A stretch of 64,000 bases of DNA from Candidatus Latescibacterota bacterium. Its GTDB lineage: Bacteria; Krumholzibacteriota; Krumholzibacteriia; WVZY01; JAKEHA01. The translations under genes were made by a program, and so were the position numbers. Under the pieces are notes generated by a model. It saw nothing but the letters and a program-made list of their open reading frames with translations, searched no databases and was not told the origin of the DNA. Where the stretch lies: positions 768,001 through 832,000 of the forward strand of contig OY970173.1 in assembly GCA_963707635.1 (NCBI GenBank). The letters run 5' to 3'. This document shows, piece after piece, positions 1 to 10,828 of the stretch; the stretch's first letter is position 1; each line of letters opens with the position of its first letter.

Positions 1-500
1 ACCGGGAGCAACTCACCAGCTTCGAGCTGGCGCTCCGCGACGCGGGCATCGCCCATGTCAACCTGGTGTCGGTATCGAGCATTTTCCCGCCCGAGTGCAA
101 ACTCGTGTCCAGGCAGCGCGGTGGTGCCATGCTCTACCCGGGGCAGGTCGTGTTCAGCGTCATGGCCCGGGTGGCCACCGACGAGGCGTTCCGGATGACG
201 GCGTGCTCCATCGGCGTGGCCATTCCCGGCGACCCGAACAAGTATGGGTACCTCTCCGAACACCACGCCTACGGACAGAACGAAAAGACCGCCGGCGACT
301 ACGCGGAGGACCTCGCCGCCAGCATGCTGGCCACCACGCTGGGAATCGAGCTCGACACCGACAAGGCGTGGGACGAGCGCAAAGAACAGTGGAAGATCGG
401 ACGGCAGATCGTCCGCACCAGCAACATCACTCAGACGGCGATCGGCAAGGACGGCGTGTGGACCACCGTGATCGCGGCCGGCGTCTTCTGCGCGTACTAG
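1..500 (+). CDS. pdaD: Pyruvoyl-dependent arginine decarboxylase (5' truncated by window)
   Basis: Frame reads ...SFELALRDAGIAHVNLVSVSSIFPP...YGYLSEHH...; Ser-Ser autocleavage motif; directly upstream of agmatinase. Confidence 0.9.
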   Translation, partial: REQLTSFELALRDAGIAHVNLVSVSSIFPPECKLVSRQRGGAMLYPGQVVFSVMARVATDEAFRMTACSIGVAIPGDPNKYGYLSEHHAYGQNEKTAGDYAEDLAASMLATTLGIELDTDKAWDERKEQWKIGRQIVRTSNITQTAIGKDGVWTTVIAAGVFCAY

Positions 501-521
501 TGGCACCAACCTCTATCTGAT

Positions 522-1526
522 ATGAGTCTCGGGTTCCTCGAGGACAAGGCCGACCCGGGCGAGATCGTCCGGGAGAAGAACCGTTACGTTCTGGCGCTCT
601 TGCCGTACGAAGAGACGACGACCTACGGCAAGGGCGTGGGCCGCGCGCCGGAAGCGATCGTCGAGGCGTCGAGCCACGTCGAGCTCTTCGACGAAGTGCT
701 CAAGGTCGACGCTTCGCGCCACGGCATCCTCACCGTCCGCCCCCCCGTCACCGACCTCGCTTCCATCACGCGCGCCGCGCGGCGGCTGCGCGACGAGCAC
801 CCGGACGCGCTGCTGGGGTTTCTCGGCGGCGAGCACTCGGTGACCCCGGCCCTGGTCGAAGCCTTCGCGCGGCCGAACCTGGGGGTCGTCTGGATCGACG
901 CCCACGCCGACCTGCGCGAGCAATTCCACGGGCGCGGTGACAACCATGCCTGCGCCGGCCGCAACACGATGCGCTTCGGTCCGATCGTGCAGGTGGGAGT
1001 CCGCACCCTGGCCGAGGAGGAATGGGCGGTGCTCAACTCCACCGACCGGGTGCGCGCGCACCGCACCTGGACGAAGAAGACCCGCGCGGACGTGCTTGCG
1101 CTGCCGGACGACGTGTACCTCACCGTCGACTTCGACGGCTTCTCGCCCGAGGTGATTCGAGCCGTCGGCACGCCGGAGCCCGGCGGGCTGTACTGGGAAG
1201 AAGTGATGGATATCCTCGACACCGTGTTCCGCCACAAGCACGTGGTGGCGTTCGACGCGGTGGAGCTGTGCCCGAACGACGCCGACATCGCATCGTCGTT
1301 CACCGCCGCCCGCCTGGTCTACAAGGTGATGAACTACGACGCCTACTACGAGGTGGAGGAGCGCGGCGGCCGGAGGGGGTCGAAGAAGCGGAAACGAAAA
1401 CGAAAGACGCGAACCGGGCCCAGCCGGCCCGCGCGGCCGGTCCGGGCCAGCCGGGAGGCACGCCGGCGGCGGGAGCGGAAGGCGCGTTCGACCGGAGTGC
1501 GCCGGGCTACTTCGCGCGAACGATGA
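522..1526 (+). CDS. speB: Agmatinase (ureohydrolase family) with basic C-terminal extension
   Basis: GGEHS, DAHADLR, DFDGF, GTPEPGG motifs. Confidence 0.92.
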   Translation: MSLGFLEDKADPGEIVREKNRYVLALLPYEETTTYGKGVGRAPEAIVEASSHVELFDEVLKVDASRHGILTVRPPVTDLASITRAARRLRDEHPDALLGFLGGEHSVTPALVEAFARPNLGVVWIDAHADLREQFHGRGDNHACAGRNTMRFGPIVQVGVRTLAEEEWAVLNSTDRVRAHRTWTKKTRADVLALPDDVYLTVDFDGFSPEVIRAVGTPEPGGLYWEEVMDILDTVFRHKHVVAFDAVELCPNDADIASSFTAARLVYKVMNYDAYYEVEERGGRRGSKKRKRKRKTRTGPSRPARPVRASREARRRRERKARSTGVRRATSRER

Positions 1527-1821
1527 AGTAGACGCCGAGGACGATGAGGAGGATCGGGAACACCGGCTGCTGGAGGATCCCCAGCGAATGCAGCAGCCAG
1601 ACGATCCCCAGACCGACCAGCGCGAGCCCGAGCCGCGGGGAGCCTTTCGAGGCCGGCGCGGCGCCCGTACCCGGGACCGACGGCGCCGGACCCAGTTCGT
1701 CCTTCAGCGTGCCCTTGCCCTTGTCAAACGCGTCTTCCAGGACGTGAACCCCCTGGCTAACGGCCCCCGAGACGCGTTCCGCGGCGCGATCCAGACGCTG
1801 TTCCCACTGTTTCTGATCCAT
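1507..1821 (-). CDS. Small membrane protein (two C-terminal TM helices)
   Basis: 104-aa ORF with hydrophobic C-terminus. Confidence 0.65.
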   Translation of the reverse strand: MDQKQWEQRLDRAAERVSGAVSQGVHVLEDAFDKGKGTLKDELGPAPSVPGTGAAPASKGSPRLGLALVGLGIVWLLHSLGILQQPVFPILLIVLGVYFIVRAK

Positions 1822-1859
1822 GCAGAAATCCTAGCACAGCCCTCGCGGAGCGACTCCAG

Positions 1860-3098
1860 CTAATTCCGGATGGCGGGGATGCGTCGCGACGCAATCATCA
1901 GGACCACCACGCTGGCCACGAGCAGGAACACCAGGCCGGCCAGGAACACGTAGACCATTTCGAGCGAGTACGCGGTCTTGATCGGCCCCACCAGCTGCAC
2001 CGCGCTCGCCCCCACGCCGAAATTGAGCACGAACTTCACCGCGAAGCTCGTGCTGCGCCAGCGCACCGGCGTGATGGCCGCGATCAGGCTGTTCTCGATG
2101 GGCTGCATGCCGAAGCTGAAGAAGCCGTAGGCGGCGGCGCACGCCACCAGCGCGACCTCGCTGGTGAACGCCATCGCGAGCAGAAAGGGGAGGCTCGCCG
2201 CGTGGAACGCGAGGTAGGCCCGGCGCAGCTCCATCCGGTCCGCGAGCCGCCCGCCCGCCAGCTGCCCGAAGAGACCCGCGAACATCACCACCGACGCGAG
2301 GATCGACGCCGCCAGCGTCGCGGTGCGGTGGCGCTCGGGGAGCGGGAGGCGCGCGATGAAATCGGTAAGAAACGTGGTGTGGAGCTCCATGTAGGCGGGC
2401 AGCAGCAGCATGTTGCCGCGATACACGATCCCACCCAGCACCAGCGCCACGCATAGGATCATGAAATACGGCGCCATCGCGCGGCCGTCCGGCTCCGCGC
2501 GGGTCGTGGTCGGGCGAATCGTTTCGTCCACATGGACGCGCGTCAACGCGCCCGCCGTGACCAGCCCGGCGCCGCCGAGCACCACCAGCGCGACCTGCCA
2601 CCCGAATGCCCACGCGAGCAACCCCGTGACCAGCGGCGCCAACGCGATGCCCAGGCTGCCGAACACGCCGTTGACGCCCAGCGCGAGACCACGCAGCCGG
2701 ACCGTGTGGGAAATGAGAGCGATCCCCGCGGGGTGATAGACGCTCGCGCCGACGCCCACCACCGCCAGCGCCACGGCCATGACGAGCGGACCCGGAAATG
2801 CCCCCGCCACGATGAGCCCCGCCCCCATCAGAAAGACGCCGCCCACCAGCAGCGGCTTGGCGCGGTAGCGGTCGGCGAGGAGACCCACCGGGAGCGCCAG
2901 CACTCCGTAGAGGAGGTACATGAAGAAGCTCAACTTCACCACGTCTTCGAGCGGCATGCCGAACGCGGCCGTGAGCGGCATCGTGATCGCCGGAAACGCG
3001 AGGGTGAGGAAGTGGGTGAAGAAGTGCCCGGGCGAGGTGACGAGGAGGATGCGGTGTTCCTCGTCGCTGAACTCGTGCATGCGACGGAATAGATTCAT
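1860..3098 (-). CDS. MFS transporter
   Basis: About 12 TM segments, GLLADRY and GRLADRM motif-A-like loops; start reassigned to MNLFRR at 3098. Confidence 0.9.
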   Translation of the reverse strand: MNLFRRMHEFSDEEHRILLVTSPGHFFTHFLTLAFPAITMPLTAAFGMPLEDVVKLSFFMYLLYGVLALPVGLLADRYRAKPLLVGGVFLMGAGLIVAGAFPGPLVMAVALAVVGVGASVYHPAGIALISHTVRLRGLALGVNGVFGSLGIALAPLVTGLLAWAFGWQVALVVLGGAGLVTAGALTRVHVDETIRPTTTRAEPDGRAMAPYFMILCVALVLGGIVYRGNMLLLPAYMELHTTFLTDFIARLPLPERHRTATLAASILASVVMFAGLFGQLAGGRLADRMELRRAYLAFHAASLPFLLAMAFTSEVALVACAAAYGFFSFGMQPIENSLIAAITPVRWRSTSFAVKFVLNFGVGASAVQLVGPIKTAYSLEMVYVFLAGLVFLLVASVVVLMIASRRIPAIRN

Positions 3099-3206
3099 GG
3101 GGTGTGGTAACGAGGGCGCGCGGGTGTCCGCGCGGCGGATTCTATGGTAGCATCGCGACGCCTGCCAACGCCTTTCCTCCCGTCTTTCCACCGCGCGGGC
3201 CCAACC

Positions 3207-4256
3207 ATGAGGCGTTTCCTTTCCATCGTCTTCCTCGCATTGTGTTGCCTCGGCCTGCAACCGTTGTATGCCGCCGAGGCCCGTGTGGTCGAGAACTCCG
3301 ACCATGGGCTCTGGGACGACGAGCCCCGCAAGAACGTGCACCTGCTCGAAGCGCTCATCCTGGGATCCGAAGCCGGGGATGACGCCTTCGGGCGGATCGC
3401 CGACGTGGCGGTGGACTCGCGCGGGCGGTGGCTCGTCCTGGACGCGGAGTCCTCGTGCGTGAAGGTCTATCACCCGGACAGCCTTACCATTAAGACCATC
3501 GGGCGAAAGGGTGAACTGCCCGGCGAATTCGACCGGCCGACCGCGCTCGCCATCGACGCCGGCGACCGCATCTACGTGGCCAGCGGGGACGGGCGCATCG
3601 CCGTGTTTGGCCCGCACGGGAAGCTGCTCGACGAGTTTCGGCACATGTTCCACAGCGCCGTCATTCGCGGATTGAAGGTCACGCCGGAGGGAACCTACAT
3701 CGCGAGCTTCGACACCGTGGATGACAAGCTCGTGCACCGCTACGACGCCACGCACCGATTCCTGTCCTCGTTTGCGGACTCGTGGAGCGCGGGCGAGTCC
3801 ATGCCCCTCGACGAAGCGCTGGCCTGGAACGGCGGGACGATCGACGTGGACGCCGATGGGTTCGTCTACTGCACGCAGCTGACGCCGTATGAGATCCGCA
3901 AGTTCACGCCTGAGGGCGAGCTGCTGCTCACGATCCACCGCCAAAACGCCTTCAAACCGCCGCGGATCGAGCGGAGGACCGACGGTGCCACGTTCTACCC
4001 CTACAGCGCGTCGATCGGCATCCTCGCATTGCCCGACGGCAAGATCATGAACGTTGCGACCTACCTGCCGTCGGACCAGAACATCGCAAGCGCCGTGACC
4101 ATCATCGACGTGTTCGATGCCGACGGGCGGCTCCTGAAGTCGCGAAGGCTTTCGCGCTCGACTTCAATACGATACCGCGACGCACGCGGCTTTCTGTACG
4201 CGATCGAGCAGCGCGAGGTGCCGCAGGTGGTCAAGTACCGACTGGTGTTCCAATGA
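3207..4256 (+). CDS. Secreted 6-bladed beta-propeller (NHL-like) protein
   Basis: Signal peptide; GRKGELPGEFDRPTALAID NHL-type repeat. Confidence 0.8.
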   Translation: MRRFLSIVFLALCCLGLQPLYAAEARVVENSDHGLWDDEPRKNVHLLEALILGSEAGDDAFGRIADVAVDSRGRWLVLDAESSCVKVYHPDSLTIKTIGRKGELPGEFDRPTALAIDAGDRIYVASGDGRIAVFGPHGKLLDEFRHMFHSAVIRGLKVTPEGTYIASFDTVDDKLVHRYDATHRFLSSFADSWSAGESMPLDEALAWNGGTIDVDADGFVYCTQLTPYEIRKFTPEGELLLTIHRQNAFKPPRIERRTDGATFYPYSASIGILALPDGKIMNVATYLPSDQNIASAVTIIDVFDADGRLLKSRRLSRSTSIRYRDARGFLYAIEQREVPQVVKYRLVFQ

Positions 4257-4372
4257 ATCCCGGTGTCATTTTTGTTGACACGCCCCTGCCGGTGGGATCA
4301 ACCTTCAGCGTTGGTTGGTTTGACGAGGTGTTCGGGCATGTCTCGAACGCCCAAGAAAGGAAGGGAACCACA

Positions 4373-4573
4373 ATGGCAGCCAAGAGGAAAGCCAAGAGAA
4401 AAGTCAGAAGGACGAAGCGCAAAGTCAGGCGCGTTGTCCGCAAGGTGAGACGCAAGGTTCGCCGGGCCAAGCGCAAGGTGCGCCGGGTCAAGCGCAAAGT
4501 GACTCGCGCCAAGCGCAAAGTGCGCCGGCGCCGGGTCAAGCGCGCTGTTGCCGCCGCTGCGCCCGAGATGTAG
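4373..4573 (+). CDS. Small extremely Lys/Arg-rich histone H1/protamine-like protein
   Basis: MAAKRKAKRKVRRTKRKVRRVVRKVRR...; purine-rich RBS upstream; terminator downstream. Confidence 0.8.
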   Translation: MAAKRKAKRKVRRTKRKVRRVVRKVRRKVRRAKRKVRRVKRKVTRAKRKVRRRRVKRAVAAAAPEM

Positions 4574-4606
4574 TCTGACGTCGCGGCCCTGACGGGTCGT
4601 GGCGTG

Positions 4607-4645
4607 GGGAAGGGAAGCCTCGATGGCTTCCCTTCCCTTTTTTTT
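4607..4645 (+). terminator. Rho-independent terminator
   Basis: Stem GGGAAGGGAAGCC / GGCTTCCCTTCCC, 5-nt loop, T8 tail. Confidence 0.9.
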
Positions 4646-4776
4646 GGACCCTCGTCCGTGATAGAATTCGCCACAGGCAACGCCCTCTCCTCCGTCATTC
4701 TCCTCCCTCTATAGATGGTCGCGGTACCCGCAGCGTGTATGCGCCTGCGGGCGGGTTCGGGCTGGGAGGTCGGGTC

Positions 4777-6376
4777 ATGCATACCACCGTATTCTCCGGC
4801 GCTATCGTCGGAATCCAAGGCCTCGTCGTCGAAGTCGAAGTGGACATCTCGCGGGGCATTCCCGCGTTCTCGGTAGTGGGATTGCCCAACGCGGCCGTCC
4901 GCGAGAGCCGCGAACGGGTGACCGCCGCCATCAAGAACACGGGCCACCACTTTCCACTAGAACGCATCACCGTCAACCTCGCCCCTGCCGACGTCAAGAA
5001 AGAGGGATCCGCGTACGATCTGGCCATCGCGGTCGGGATCCTGCTGGCGTCGGGGCAGGCGGAAGCGACGACGGAGCGCACGCTGTTCATCGGCGAGCTC
5101 GCGCTGGATGGATCGCTCCGGCGGGTGCCGGGTGTGCTGCCGATCCTCCTCCACGGGCGTGCCGCCGGCTTTCGACGCGCCGTGGTGCCGCTCGCGAACC
5201 TCGATGAAGCCCGCGTCGTCGAAGGTGTCGAAGTGATTGCTTGCGAGAACCTGCGGGTAGCGGTGGCCATGGCGCTGGCCCCCGCACCCGCGTCGGCCGG
5301 ATCCCGCCGCAACCGCGCCGCCGGCGATCCGACGGAGGCGAACTTCGACGCTACCGTCGACGGGCGAGTGATCGTGAAGCGGGCCGACGACCCCGTACCC
5401 ACTCCGCCCGCCCCGAACTCGTTCGCGCTCGACATGGCCGACGTGGTCGGGCAGGAGGCGGCCAAGCGGGCGCTTCTCATTGCCGCGGCCGGCGGCCACC
5501 ACGTGCTCATGACCGGTCCTCCGGGGGCAGGCAAGACCATGCTCGCGCGGCGATTCGCGACCATTCTGCCGCCGCTATCGTCCGCGCGATCGATGGAAAC
5601 CACGATGATCTACTCCATCGTCGGGCTTCTTCCGGGCGGGGGGCTCATGACCCTGGCCCCGTTTCGATCGCCGCACCACAGTGCCAGCGACGCGGGCCTG
5701 ATCGGCGGCGGCGGCGTGCCGCGCCCCGGCGAAGTCACCCTCGCGCACAACGGCATCCTCTTTCTCGACGAGCTGCCCGAGTTTCGCCGGCACGTGCTGG
5801 AGACGTTACGCGAGCCGCTGGAGGAGGGGCAGATCACCATTTCCCGGGCTCGCAGCGCCGTCACATTTCCGGCCCGGTTTCAACTGGTGGCGGCGATGAA
5901 CCCCTGCAACTGTGGCAGCCATGGGAGCAAGGTGAACCAATGCAGCTGTTCTCCCTCGACAAATCGAAGCGTATCTCGCAAAAATATCAGGTCCACTGCT
6001 CGATCGAATCGCGATTCACGTGGCTGTGCAACCCGTTGAGCTCGACGCGTGGGGCTCATCGTCGGTCCGGATGACAAGCGCCGCCATGCGAGAGATTGTC
6101 ATTCACGCACGCGAGATCCAGGCGACGTCGATTCGCAGAAGTGGATGGCACGGACTGTAACGCGAGGCTCCCCGAAGGCATGTTCTCGACTTCTTGTTCG
6201 ATGGAGCCGGCGGCCGAGACGCTGTTTGTGCGCGCACAGAAAGTACTCTGGTGAGCGCACGGTCGCGGGGACACATCATTCGCGTGGCGCGGACGGTCGC
6301 GGATTTGGAAGGGAGCGAACGGATCGGAGAGCGGCACGTCGCGGAAGCAGTGGGGTATCGGAGAAGACGTGCGTGA
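4777..6376 (+). CDS. comM: ComM/YifB Mg-chelatase-like AAA+ ATPase; 3' third has several frameshifts (about 5955, 6125, 6245)
   Basis: VGLPNAAVRESRERV, NLAPADVKKEGSAYDL, Walker A GPPGAGKT, Walker B LFLDELPEF, AAMNPCNCG; tail continues in shifted frames to HVAEAVGYR. Confidence 0.92.
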
Positions 6377-6919
6377 CCAAGAGCTTGCGCCGCGACATCG
6401 CTTTCCGAGACACGCGTCCAAACGGCGGCGGGAAAAAAAGCAATTCGGATCAAGAAAACACTAGACAGTTTAGTCCGTTGTTGGCAAACTGGTAATTAAG
6501 AAGGGCCGCGCGCAGTCGTCGCTACAAGGGGGGATTCGGTTGCTGACCGGAGAGCCGATGGGGTTGTCGCTGGTTCACGGCGTCATTTGCGCCGCGTGAA
6601 CCGATCCTATCTTTCTCTAGACGTTTCTCTATCTCCGATTCGCGCGTCGCCTGCCCGCGATCTCGACTCCTGAACCTACACAAGTCCCTGGTTACCCGTG
6701 GCACATCAGGTCGTCGGGGAGATCACGAAGGGGGATGGGTCAACTAGCCGCGTCTCCGGAAAACCCAGCGCGGACCACACGGGAGGTCAAGGAGTCGATA
6801 ACAAGAGATGTCGTGGATACTTTCCTTGCCTTTTTCGGTCCCGATCTTGCCGATGCAGATGAAGCTGTCACTGCGGATGGATCAAGGTTGAGGAGCAAGT
6901 CAATAGGAGGGGACTGCTG

Positions 6920-7522
6920 ATGGCTACGACCCGACGCCTTCTACCTGCCGCCATGGGGTTTGTGCTGTGTCTGCTGTGGGTAGGAAAGCAACCCTTCGCC
7001 ACAACAATTGAACTGTCCGCTACGAAAGTTTACTACTTCTGTCAGGGGTCAGATGACCCTGGGAAGGTCATTGTCTACGCGCGCATGTCGTTCAATTTGG
7101 GAAGCACGGCCGTGCGGTTCAAGGTCCAGGCGAATCCCGAACTGACGTGGACCTACCTCACCGAAACACCTTTGTTCCCCACATTCGTGGGGAACACACA
7201 GACCGGGATCGAGATCTGTTTTGAACAGTGCAACATGGACGCTCAGGCTCCGCTGGTTAGGATCGAATACATGGCGTACGGCACGAGCGCGATCTGCAGC
7301 GGACGACTGTTCGTCGTTCCGCATCCAAGCGCTGAAACAGTAGACGTGATTAACTGCAACGGCGTGCCGAGCGCAGCGATTACTCTACCGCTTGTGGTGG
7401 GCGGCATATGTGCTTGTCCCTCGGCGCGTAGCTACCCGGGGACGCCTCATGTGTTCGATTGCATGGCTGTGTTGACAAGGACGAGCACGTGGGGTGCAAT
7501 TAAGGCGCTCTACAGCAACTGA
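6920..7522 (+). CDS. Secreted Cys-rich protein with C-terminal STWGAIKALY motif
   Basis: GGAGG RBS, signal peptide, TWGxxKALY tail. Confidence 0.8.
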   Translation: MATTRRLLPAAMGFVLCLLWVGKQPFATTIELSATKVYYFCQGSDDPGKVIVYARMSFNLGSTAVRFKVQANPELTWTYLTETPLFPTFVGNTQTGIEICFEQCNMDAQAPLVRIEYMAYGTSAICSGRLFVVPHPSAETVDVINCNGVPSAAITLPLVVGGICACPSARSYPGTPHVFDCMAVLTRTSTWGAIKALYSN

Positions 7523-7616
7523 CAATTGGAGGGGCTTATTGCTGATCGTCTGATCTGAATGTGTTTTTCAGTGGTCCATTAATGGGGCGGCCGCAACCTT
7601 TGGGGAGGAGAGAAAA

Positions 7617-10600
7617 ATGGAGTTGCGAGTCCGTCTTATTTGGTCACTTGTTTTCGTTTACCTTCTTACCTCGGCGCCGGGTCAGGCAGAGGAGATCGAC
7701 CCGGTCTACTGCGCGCTACTCCCGGATTCCGTCACACTGTCACTTGGTGGCATCGCTGAGTTGGTTCATCCATTCGGGTCGGATACTACAACCTACCCGA
7801 ACGAGTTTGACCCCGACTCAACGAGCCTGTCCAAAGCATTCTCGCAGGTCTTCAGACTTTACTTGACGGACAGCGTGTCGAATCGATGGTCGCGAAGCGA
7901 ATGGGAGGGAATAGTCACCACGATCATGAACAATGACACCACCACGACTGATGATGATGTCTTTGGTCGGGTGTGGGGCTACTTTGTCCGTGATGGGAGG
8001 GACTTGAATCCTTACTACGCGGGCGTGCGGTACACCGCCGTGGAGGAGGGCGACACGTTCACTACCATCGACTTGTACCTGTACGATGCATCGGATATTC
8101 CCTGCCCGTGCACGAGTGAATATGGCCAGACCTGCAACGGGTATTCGCAGTATTTGGGCGACAATAAACTTGTGATCAATGCCAACGATTCCCAGTGTCC
8201 TCCGGACTCAGGATGTGCAAATTGCGCGCCTATTACCCTCGAGGATATGCTGGGCATGGGCATCGCACACGAGCTTCAGCACCTCTGCTTCGCGATCAAC
8301 GATCAAAACGGCTACGCAGGCATTAACGAGACGTTGTCGACGCTCGCTGAGTACTTTATGGACGTTTGGCGTCCGCTTGCTTTTGATATTCCCTATGATG
8401 CGTCTTTCATGGACATCGAGCACTGTGATGTCCCGTCTTGCGAGTTTTGCGGACAGCCGCCGAAATACCAGGTGTACAAGCCGTGGATGATCCACCTCTA
8501 TGAAGTGTTCAAGGGAAACACGGCGGATCCTACGGACGACCTACTATACCGCTGGATTCGCAATGATGATCCTAGCGTTTTTCGACTTTACCTAAGTCAG
8601 CTGGCCGATGTGCTTTGGGACGATGACTTCGATTGGATGGGGGGCGCGGATGCCGTGGACCGTTTTACGAAAGCATACGGGGATTACCTCGTAGCGAAAT
8701 TCTGCAATGCGCCGAGTTTCAGCGCGCACGGTGAGTTTGGACATGGACCCGTTAATACCGTTGAGAAGTTCGGTTACTTCCTGGATAACTGTGACACGGA
8801 GGGGATAGGGGTTCCTGAAGAGCCAGTGGACTGCCCCCCGTACGAAAACTCCAACAACTGGGGTTGCTGGAACGTGCGCGTGCTTGCACCGTCGTACGAA
8901 TTGACTGACGACAACGAGAACGTGCTGGCGAGCGCGTTGGGTGTTTATCAGAACGGCGACGACACGCCTGCCGTCACTGAATGGGATACGTCGAGGGACT
9001 ATATTGATGTGTACGTGTGGGGAACCGATTACATCGTATTTCGCGCTGGCGCGTACTTTGAGGATGGAGGCGAGCATGAACTGCGGATCCGTGTGGGCGG
9101 AACGGACATAGAGCATAACCTGGCGATTCGACCGATTGGTCGAATCATGGCGTACGGAGCTGATCAAGACACACTCCAGATGCACCCGGATGACCTATTG
9201 TTCGTCGAACCGATGACGTTCTCGCCCGCCACGACGTCCGGGGACACGGTGCTTGCCGAAACAGTGACCGTCACGGACTTCGGGCGGTCCGTGAAGGTTG
9301 TTGTGCTCGCCATCGGTGCCGCGGGCACGAGTATCGACAGAGATTACCCGTATAACGGCTTCGTTTATGAGTACGAATATGGCGTTTTCACGCCCGGTCC
9401 ATCAACGCGTACGTGGCAAGGCGATGTCTTCGCGCTGGGCGACGTCACAGTTCTTCCGGGTGGAACGCTAGACGTCGGAGCAGGCACCCGTGTCAAGGTC
9501 TGGCCATTTGATCTTGCGCAGGGAGGCGCAGATGAGGACCGCATCGAGTTGAACGTGGAGGGTCAGCTGGTTGTTGACGGCACCTCAGCAGACCCGATTG
9601 TCTTCGATTCCTGGGACGCCGCAACGACGTGGGATTGGGTTGGCTTCTATTTCGATAGCCAGAGTGCCGGCGGGACCTTTGACCACTGTGTCATTGGCCA
9701 TGCGCTGTACGGCATTGAGTCCTACGCGCCCGTCACGGTAGCGAACACGACCATCGAGTCCTGTATCATCGGCGTGCTCGCTCGCAACGGAGGCAGCGCG
9801 CTGGTGCAGAACTGTACCCTCTCCGACATCGACTATATGGGAATCATAGTCGAGAACAACTCCACGGTCGTTCGCAATAGCACGGTGCAGCGCGTAGGCG
9901 CAAATGCGCTGGATGTCCGGTACCCAGCGGGCGTCGTGGTCCGCAACTCGACGTTCAAGGACTCGGATCAGGGCGTCTACCTGAGGTCCACGGCCTGGGA
10001 GAGCGTGGACATCGATTCCTCGTGCATCTTCTCAAACAACGACATTGGCATTAACGGGTTCGGCACAGGGACGAGCTGCGTCATCAAGAACTCTACCTTC
10101 GATGGAAACACGAGCAACGCCATCCTGTGTGATGGGGGAAGCAGCCCCGTCATTGACGGGAACGGGTTTAACTACAACGCTGTGGCTGTGTACTGCAGGC
10201 AAAGTTCTTCCCCGACAATCACGAATAATTCAATGGTGCACTTCACCGAGGGAGTTGTCGTGACGACGAGCTCTAATCCGGACATCGGCCACTACAGCAG
10301 CACGGGCAACAACCAGATCGCGTATCCCGATGACGAGAATGGAAAGTACGTCCATAATTACACGGCGTCGACGATATACGCGCAGAACAACTGTTGGAAC
10401 GTTGGTCTCTCGCCGTGTGCGCCGGCAGCCAGTTGGTTTTCGGGCTCCGTGGATCGGACACATCCAATCTGTTGCATGGTCGAAGAGCCGCAACAGGGGT
10501 TTCAGATTCCAGCCGAGCCGGGAACCGCGACACCGGTGGTGACCGCCTTGAAGGGAATCGTGCCCAATCCCTTCAATCCCACGACGACAATCCACTATGA

Positions 10601-10814
10601 CCTTGCTACGCAGGCAAAGGTTGACTTGAAAGTGTATGACGTGGCGGGCCGGCTGGTGCGCGCCCTGGTGGGCGAGACGAGGCCGGCCGGCAGTCATCAG
10701 GTGGTGTGGGATGGTCGGGACGGGCGAGGGAACCCGACCGCCAGCGGCGTCTACTTCGTCCGCATGATCGCGGACAGCCAGGTGTTCACCAAGAAGATGG
10801 TTCTGTTGAAGTAG
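7617..10814 (+). CDS. Large secreted protein: putative HExxH zinc peptidase domain, right-handed beta-helix, C-terminal FlgD-Ig/secretion-tail domain
   Basis: Signal peptide; AHELQH...NETLS; beta-helix repeats; PNPFNPTTTIHYDL...KKMVLLK. Confidence 0.85.
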   Translation: MELRVRLIWSLVFVYLLTSAPGQAEEIDPVYCALLPDSVTLSLGGIAELVHPFGSDTTTYPNEFDPDSTSLSKAFSQVFRLYLTDSVSNRWSRSEWEGIVTTIMNNDTTTTDDDVFGRVWGYFVRDGRDLNPYYAGVRYTAVEEGDTFTTIDLYLYDASDIPCPCTSEYGQTCNGYSQYLGDNKLVINANDSQCPPDSGCANCAPITLEDMLGMGIAHELQHLCFAINDQNGYAGINETLSTLAEYFMDVWRPLAFDIPYDASFMDIEHCDVPSCEFCGQPPKYQVYKPWMIHLYEVFKGNTADPTDDLLYRWIRNDDPSVFRLYLSQLADVLWDDDFDWMGGADAVDRFTKAYGDYLVAKFCNAPSFSAHGEFGHGPVNTVEKFGYFLDNCDTEGIGVPEEPVDCPPYENSNNWGCWNVRVLAPSYELTDDNENVLASALGVYQNGDDTPAVTEWDTSRDYIDVYVWGTDYIVFRAGAYFEDGGEHELRIRVGGTDIEHNLAIRPIGRIMAYGADQDTLQMHPDDLLFVEPMTFSPATTSGDTVLAETVTVTDFGRSVKVVVLAIGAAGTSIDRDYPYNGFVYEYEYGVFTPGPSTRTWQGDVFALGDVTVLPGGTLDVGAGTRVKVWPFDLAQGGADEDRIELNVEGQLVVDGTSADPIVFDSWDAATTWDWVGFYFDSQSAGGTFDHCVIGHALYGIESYAPVTVANTTIESCIIGVLARNGGSALVQNCTLSDIDYMGIIVENNSTVVRNSTVQRVGANALDVRYPAGVVVRNSTFKDSDQGVYLRSTAWESVDIDSSCIFSNNDIGINGFGTGTSCVIKNSTFDGNTSNAILCDGGSSPVIDGNGFNYNAVAVYCRQSSSPTITNNSMVHFTEGVVVTTSSNPDIGHYSSTGNNQIAYPDDENGKYVHNYTASTIYAQNNCWNVGLSPCAPAASWFSGSVDRTHPICCMVEEPQQGFQIPAEPGTATPVVTALKGIVPNPFNPTTTIHYDLATQAKVDLKVYDVAGRLVRALVGETRPAGSHQVVWDGRDGRGNPTASGVYFVRMIADSQVFTKKMVLLK

Positions 10815-10828
10815 TGGGAGGGATTCAC

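Noticed and set aside
3099..3944. N-terminal 282 aa of the 694-aa minus ORF
   Set aside because: Antisense shadow of the plus-strand propeller gene; the MFS protein starts at 3098.
6735..6920. Short ORF resembling the 24.7-kb TWG pseudogene (TFLAFFGPD vs DFVAFFAPD)
   Set aside because: Similarity is too short to support by eye; it may be a remnant.
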